DNA of 62,328 nt, filler included, from Collodictyon triciliatum (lineage: Eukaryota), in NCBI GenBank assembly GCA_043381765.1. It is 3 parts of 3 records of this genome, joined end to end, with 100 filler letters (N's around TTAATTAATTAA, not from the genome) between each part and the next. Parts side by side here need not be neighbours in the genome. Positions count along the whole stretch, not along the records: positions 48,119 to 62,328 come from JBHJMP010001128.1; 2 more parts are not named here. One strand, written 5' to 3'. A model generated the notes under the pieces. The model worked only from the letters and a program-made list of their open reading frames with translations. It was not told the DNA's origin and did no database searches. Each line of letters starts with the position of its first letter. Position 1 is the first letter of the stretch. The translations under genes were made by a program, and so were the position numbers. Below, piece by piece: positions 58,771-62,328 of this stretch.

Positions 58771-60933
58771 ATGTCAGATAAGCCGGCCGCTTGGGAAGGA
58801 GAGTTTGTTTGCGGGTTCCGCCTGAAATGACGGCGACTTTTCGTTGTGTGCAGGATGTGGGATACGAGGACTTCCTTGAGGACGAAGACGAGTCGCTGCT
58901 TGGGCGGCTGCGGTCGCTGCGCAGACAGTTTGAGGATCATCTCTTTGGGCTGCTGTATCTCATGACGAAGGATCGCAAGCGCATGTTCAATGGCCGCACC
59001 ACAAACACGGCCTTCCTGATCTTTGACTTTCTGCGTCTGTCTTTCCTTCTGTTCAGCCTCCTTGTCTTGCCTGGCCTGCAAAGGCCCTGTCTTATATCCT
59101 GCTCTTGTCCTGCATTCATGGCTTGGCGACTAATCGTGCTACTTTTCTCTTGTTCTTTTCATGGCGACTTCTTGCTTCTGGCTTCTGGCTTCTTGCTTCT
59201 TGCTTCTTGCTTCTTGCTTCTTGCTTCTTGCTTCTTGCTTCTTGCTTCTTGCTTCTTGCTTCTTGCTTCTTGCTTCTTGCTTCTTGCTTCTGCTTCTGGC
59301 TTCTGCTTCTGCTTCTGCTTCTGCTCCTGGTTTCTGGTTTCTGGCTTCTGCTTCTGCTTCTCTGCATGTCTCCTCATTGTGCAACAGAGTTTATGGTCTT
59401 TGTGTTTGCTGGGGATTTTCCCTGGTACCACAAGGTCAACTTCATCCAAAAGATCTTTGAGTTCTTCCAAGTCAGCGCCTCGCTTGTGCCGCAGATTGTC
59501 TTCTTCCCAGTCTTTCTGATAATCTGCACCGTCATCATGACCATGGTTGCCCTGGCCGTTCATGTCGGGAGAGTCTCAAAGGTAACATCCTTTCCCTTTC
59601 AACTTCCCTTCATCGCTCCCTTTTTCCAATCTTTGTACTTTCTTGCATATTTCTACCATGATTATCTTTTTTCACATTCCAAGAAACACATAGCTACAGT
59701 AGTAAGTATGGCAGAAATGTATATGATGGAAAAAGAAAAGAAAAATAAGTGTCTCTAAAAGTTGCTTCTGTACTTACTAAGTAGCACTGTTTTTTCTTCT
59801 TCTCTCATTTGTTTTGTTATACAGAGAGCGCATTTTCAGCAAGTTAATCTCATCATCATCCTAAGAACACTCGTTGCTGTATTTGTTACACTGGGGTACA
59901 TTCCGTTTTTGCGGGTAAGAAAAGAAATCCCAGCATTCAGTATGGACAGCAAAAAGACTGATTTTACCAAAGAAAAAATAAGCCAAAAAGTCAATTTTTT
60001 ATCGAATAATATCATGAGACGGTTTCTTTTCCTTTCTATCTACATCAAGATTGCCCTCGTCCCATTGGATTGCACATCTACCTCGGAAGGCTTTTACTTG
60101 GATGCATTTCCAAACATCCGTTGCTTTGAAGGGATTCACATCCTCTTCTTTTTCGTATCTATGATTTTGATTCTTTCTTACGTCCCATTCTCCTTAATCA
60201 TGAGTTTGGTGTAAGTAGTCTCCTTCAAGCTGCCATATCATGCCATTTGGTTTTTTTTTTTTGTTTTGTTATTCACTTACTCATTTCTTGCTCAATCATC
60301 TTGATTATTTCTTCCTTTTTTTTTTTTTATCATCAATAAGCACTCAACCAAAGTAAATGCAGATATTTTGACTCTCATCCAAAGTCGCAGAACTATTTAT
60401 CACGCGCTACAAACCGCGTGGATTTCCTTTACACCGTGTGCCGAACAATCGTCGTCCTGGTTTCCACATTCCTAACTCGAAAGATAGGACTTCGTGCGGG
60501 CGTTATGTTCTTTGCAAATGCATTCATGCTTGCTGCATACCTATACTACCCGCCCTATCATCGCTCACAACCGACTTGTTTGGTAGGATGCTGTGTTTTT
60601 TTTTTTTTTACATATAATTATATGGCTTTGATAATACAAAGGGAAGAGAAAATAATGTATATATAATCACAACAAATATACGCACCAGGGTTGACTTGAT
60701 AGATGTATAGTTATTTCGATTGTGTTACATTGAAGAAAAATCCATTTGATATCGTGTTTTATCATACAGAGGATTGCATTCTTTTCGACCGGCTTGTTGT
60801 CCTCCATGTTTGCAATTATCACTGTCATTGTTGATGACACAAGTAACTGGGTCATTGTTACTCTACTGGGAATTTTCATAGTGCCCGTTTTCTTGGGGTC
60901 TTATGTCGGAGCTCGTGAGTTTCTGTGTCTTCC

Positions 60934-60964
<31 letters not shown>

Positions 60965-62151
60965 GATAATGATAATGATAATGATAATGATAATGATAAT
61001 ACACCAACACAGAGCTTTACTGATTCCTCCAAATCAAGAAAAAAAAGCGCCTCAACTCTTTCATTTAGTAGCTTTAACAATCTACGGTTTACAATAAATT
61101 CTGTAGAGAAATATTTGGACACAGTTGCAAACAAGGCTGCCACGCTCAGTGATCCAAAAGATCCAACTTCCTTTAGATTCAAAAATCCATATATGGTCGA
61201 GTTGGCCACTCGCAAGTACCTAAGGCTACCAGACTATGCCGAAGTTACACCCAACAAGTCAGTCTCCTTCTCCTCCTTATAGATATATAACTGTTCATAC
61301 ACCTTAATGCAAGATTCTCCGTCTGGGTGATTAGAAAAATCTTCAAGCTTACTAATATAATAACTCTTGACCATCCAAAAATATAGTATCGAAATTGTCA
61401 AGAACATGTACCATAGAGGACTCAGCCAATTCAAAGACTCTGCAATTGTTCGTGTTCAATATGCACTATTTCTGATTGCTTACATACCAACATCATCTTC
61501 AACCGAAGTCAGACTTCTCGTCATTGAGGTAACTTTCCCTCCATAACCCTCACTTTAAAAATATTCCGATTTTTATTTGAACCGAACAAATGGAGAAAAA
61601 CGAGGGAATGTTTTATTCTTTTCCGAGCTACTCATCAAGATATCTTTGTATTCGGAGTAAATAGCATGGTTTCTATAAGTATTGTCTTAACTATCATATA
61701 AACATTAGATGTCAAAACTACGGAAGGTCCCTTTTGATATACGATTTTTGATATTCAACATGAAATGGGTTTGGCAGCAAGACATGGAAACTAGGGGCCT
61801 TGGAAGAAGAGGTGGTCTTGATTTGATTGACTACATATATTTCAAACGCAACTTTGCACTTGCAAAACACTTCCACAAGGAAGCTAGAAGGTCTTTGTTT
61901 AATTTCTGGAAGCTTCTTCTTCGTCAAAATACATCACTCCTACAGCTTGAAAACCAGGTTGGTGTTTTTTTCCCGTGTTACCTCCTTTAATAGCACGTAA
62001 TATATATTCAAATTCGACACGGGAAAAGAATATTTGATTTGTCATCATTATTGACGAATGAAATCTAAATTAGGCAGAAGAATTTGAGAAAATGGAGCAA
62101 TTATCAATCAATTCTTACGAAAAACTCCTTGCAAAATATTTTAACAGCAAG
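58771..62151 (+). CDS. TmcB-like (tiny macrocysts B / PAS-associated) multi-pass membrane protein, 5' part
   Basis: Spliced chain LFGLLYLM..IFDFLQFMVF..FPW, LGYIPFL, LDAFPNIRCFEGIH, YFDSHPKS..SRATNRVD, PPYH, MVELATR, FDIRFLIF, FWKLL and YEKLLAKYFNSK. The start is either 58771 (with a 47-nt intron) or 58827. The gene continues past the window. Confidence 0.8.
59169..59360. repeat. (TTCTTGC)n / (TTCTGC)n intronic array
   Basis: Directly visible; source of the LLLASCF and KKQEARS ORFs. Confidence 0.95.
60936..61000. repeat. (TAATGA)n intronic array
   Basis: Directly visible. Confidence 0.95.
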
Positions 62152-62209
62152 GCAAGATTATTATTTACTATTTACTACTATTATTATTATTTAATTGAAT
62201 AAAAGAAAA

Positions 62210-62328
<119 letters not shown>

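Overview
Intron-rich nuclear DNA from a unicellular eukaryote (protist); the organism cannot be named from the sequence. The assembly is a draft with N-gaps and two artificial TTAATTAATTAA joins. Hand-splicing supports about 17 protein genes and one tRNA-Ala(AGC). The genes include a lysophospholipase-like hydrolase (3' part), a DUF900-like hydrolase, NPC1, a cytochrome b5-domain protein, selenoprotein K, a GT-C-like membrane protein, a TRIM-NHL protein, Timeless, a B-box/FH2 protein, Endonuclease V, WDR13 and a TmcB-like membrane protein (5' part). Four signals stand out. (1) At least 7-8 copies of an ultra-short poly(A)-tailed insertion (core CTTTGAATCGAATAAAGG-An, mostly 18-26 nt), most flanked by 13-19 bp target-site duplications and nearly all in introns, i.e. 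a 'micro-retroposon' family. (2) A SelK gene not shown as such by the ORF track, ending GGGG-UGA-S-stop and followed at once by a ~150-nt hairpin, with no convincing canonical SECIS. (3) A tandem B-box + coiled-coil + FH2 formin with no FH1. (4) A cytochrome b5 protein ending in a CaaX box instead of a transmembrane tail. All gene models are manual and lack transcript or database confirmation.
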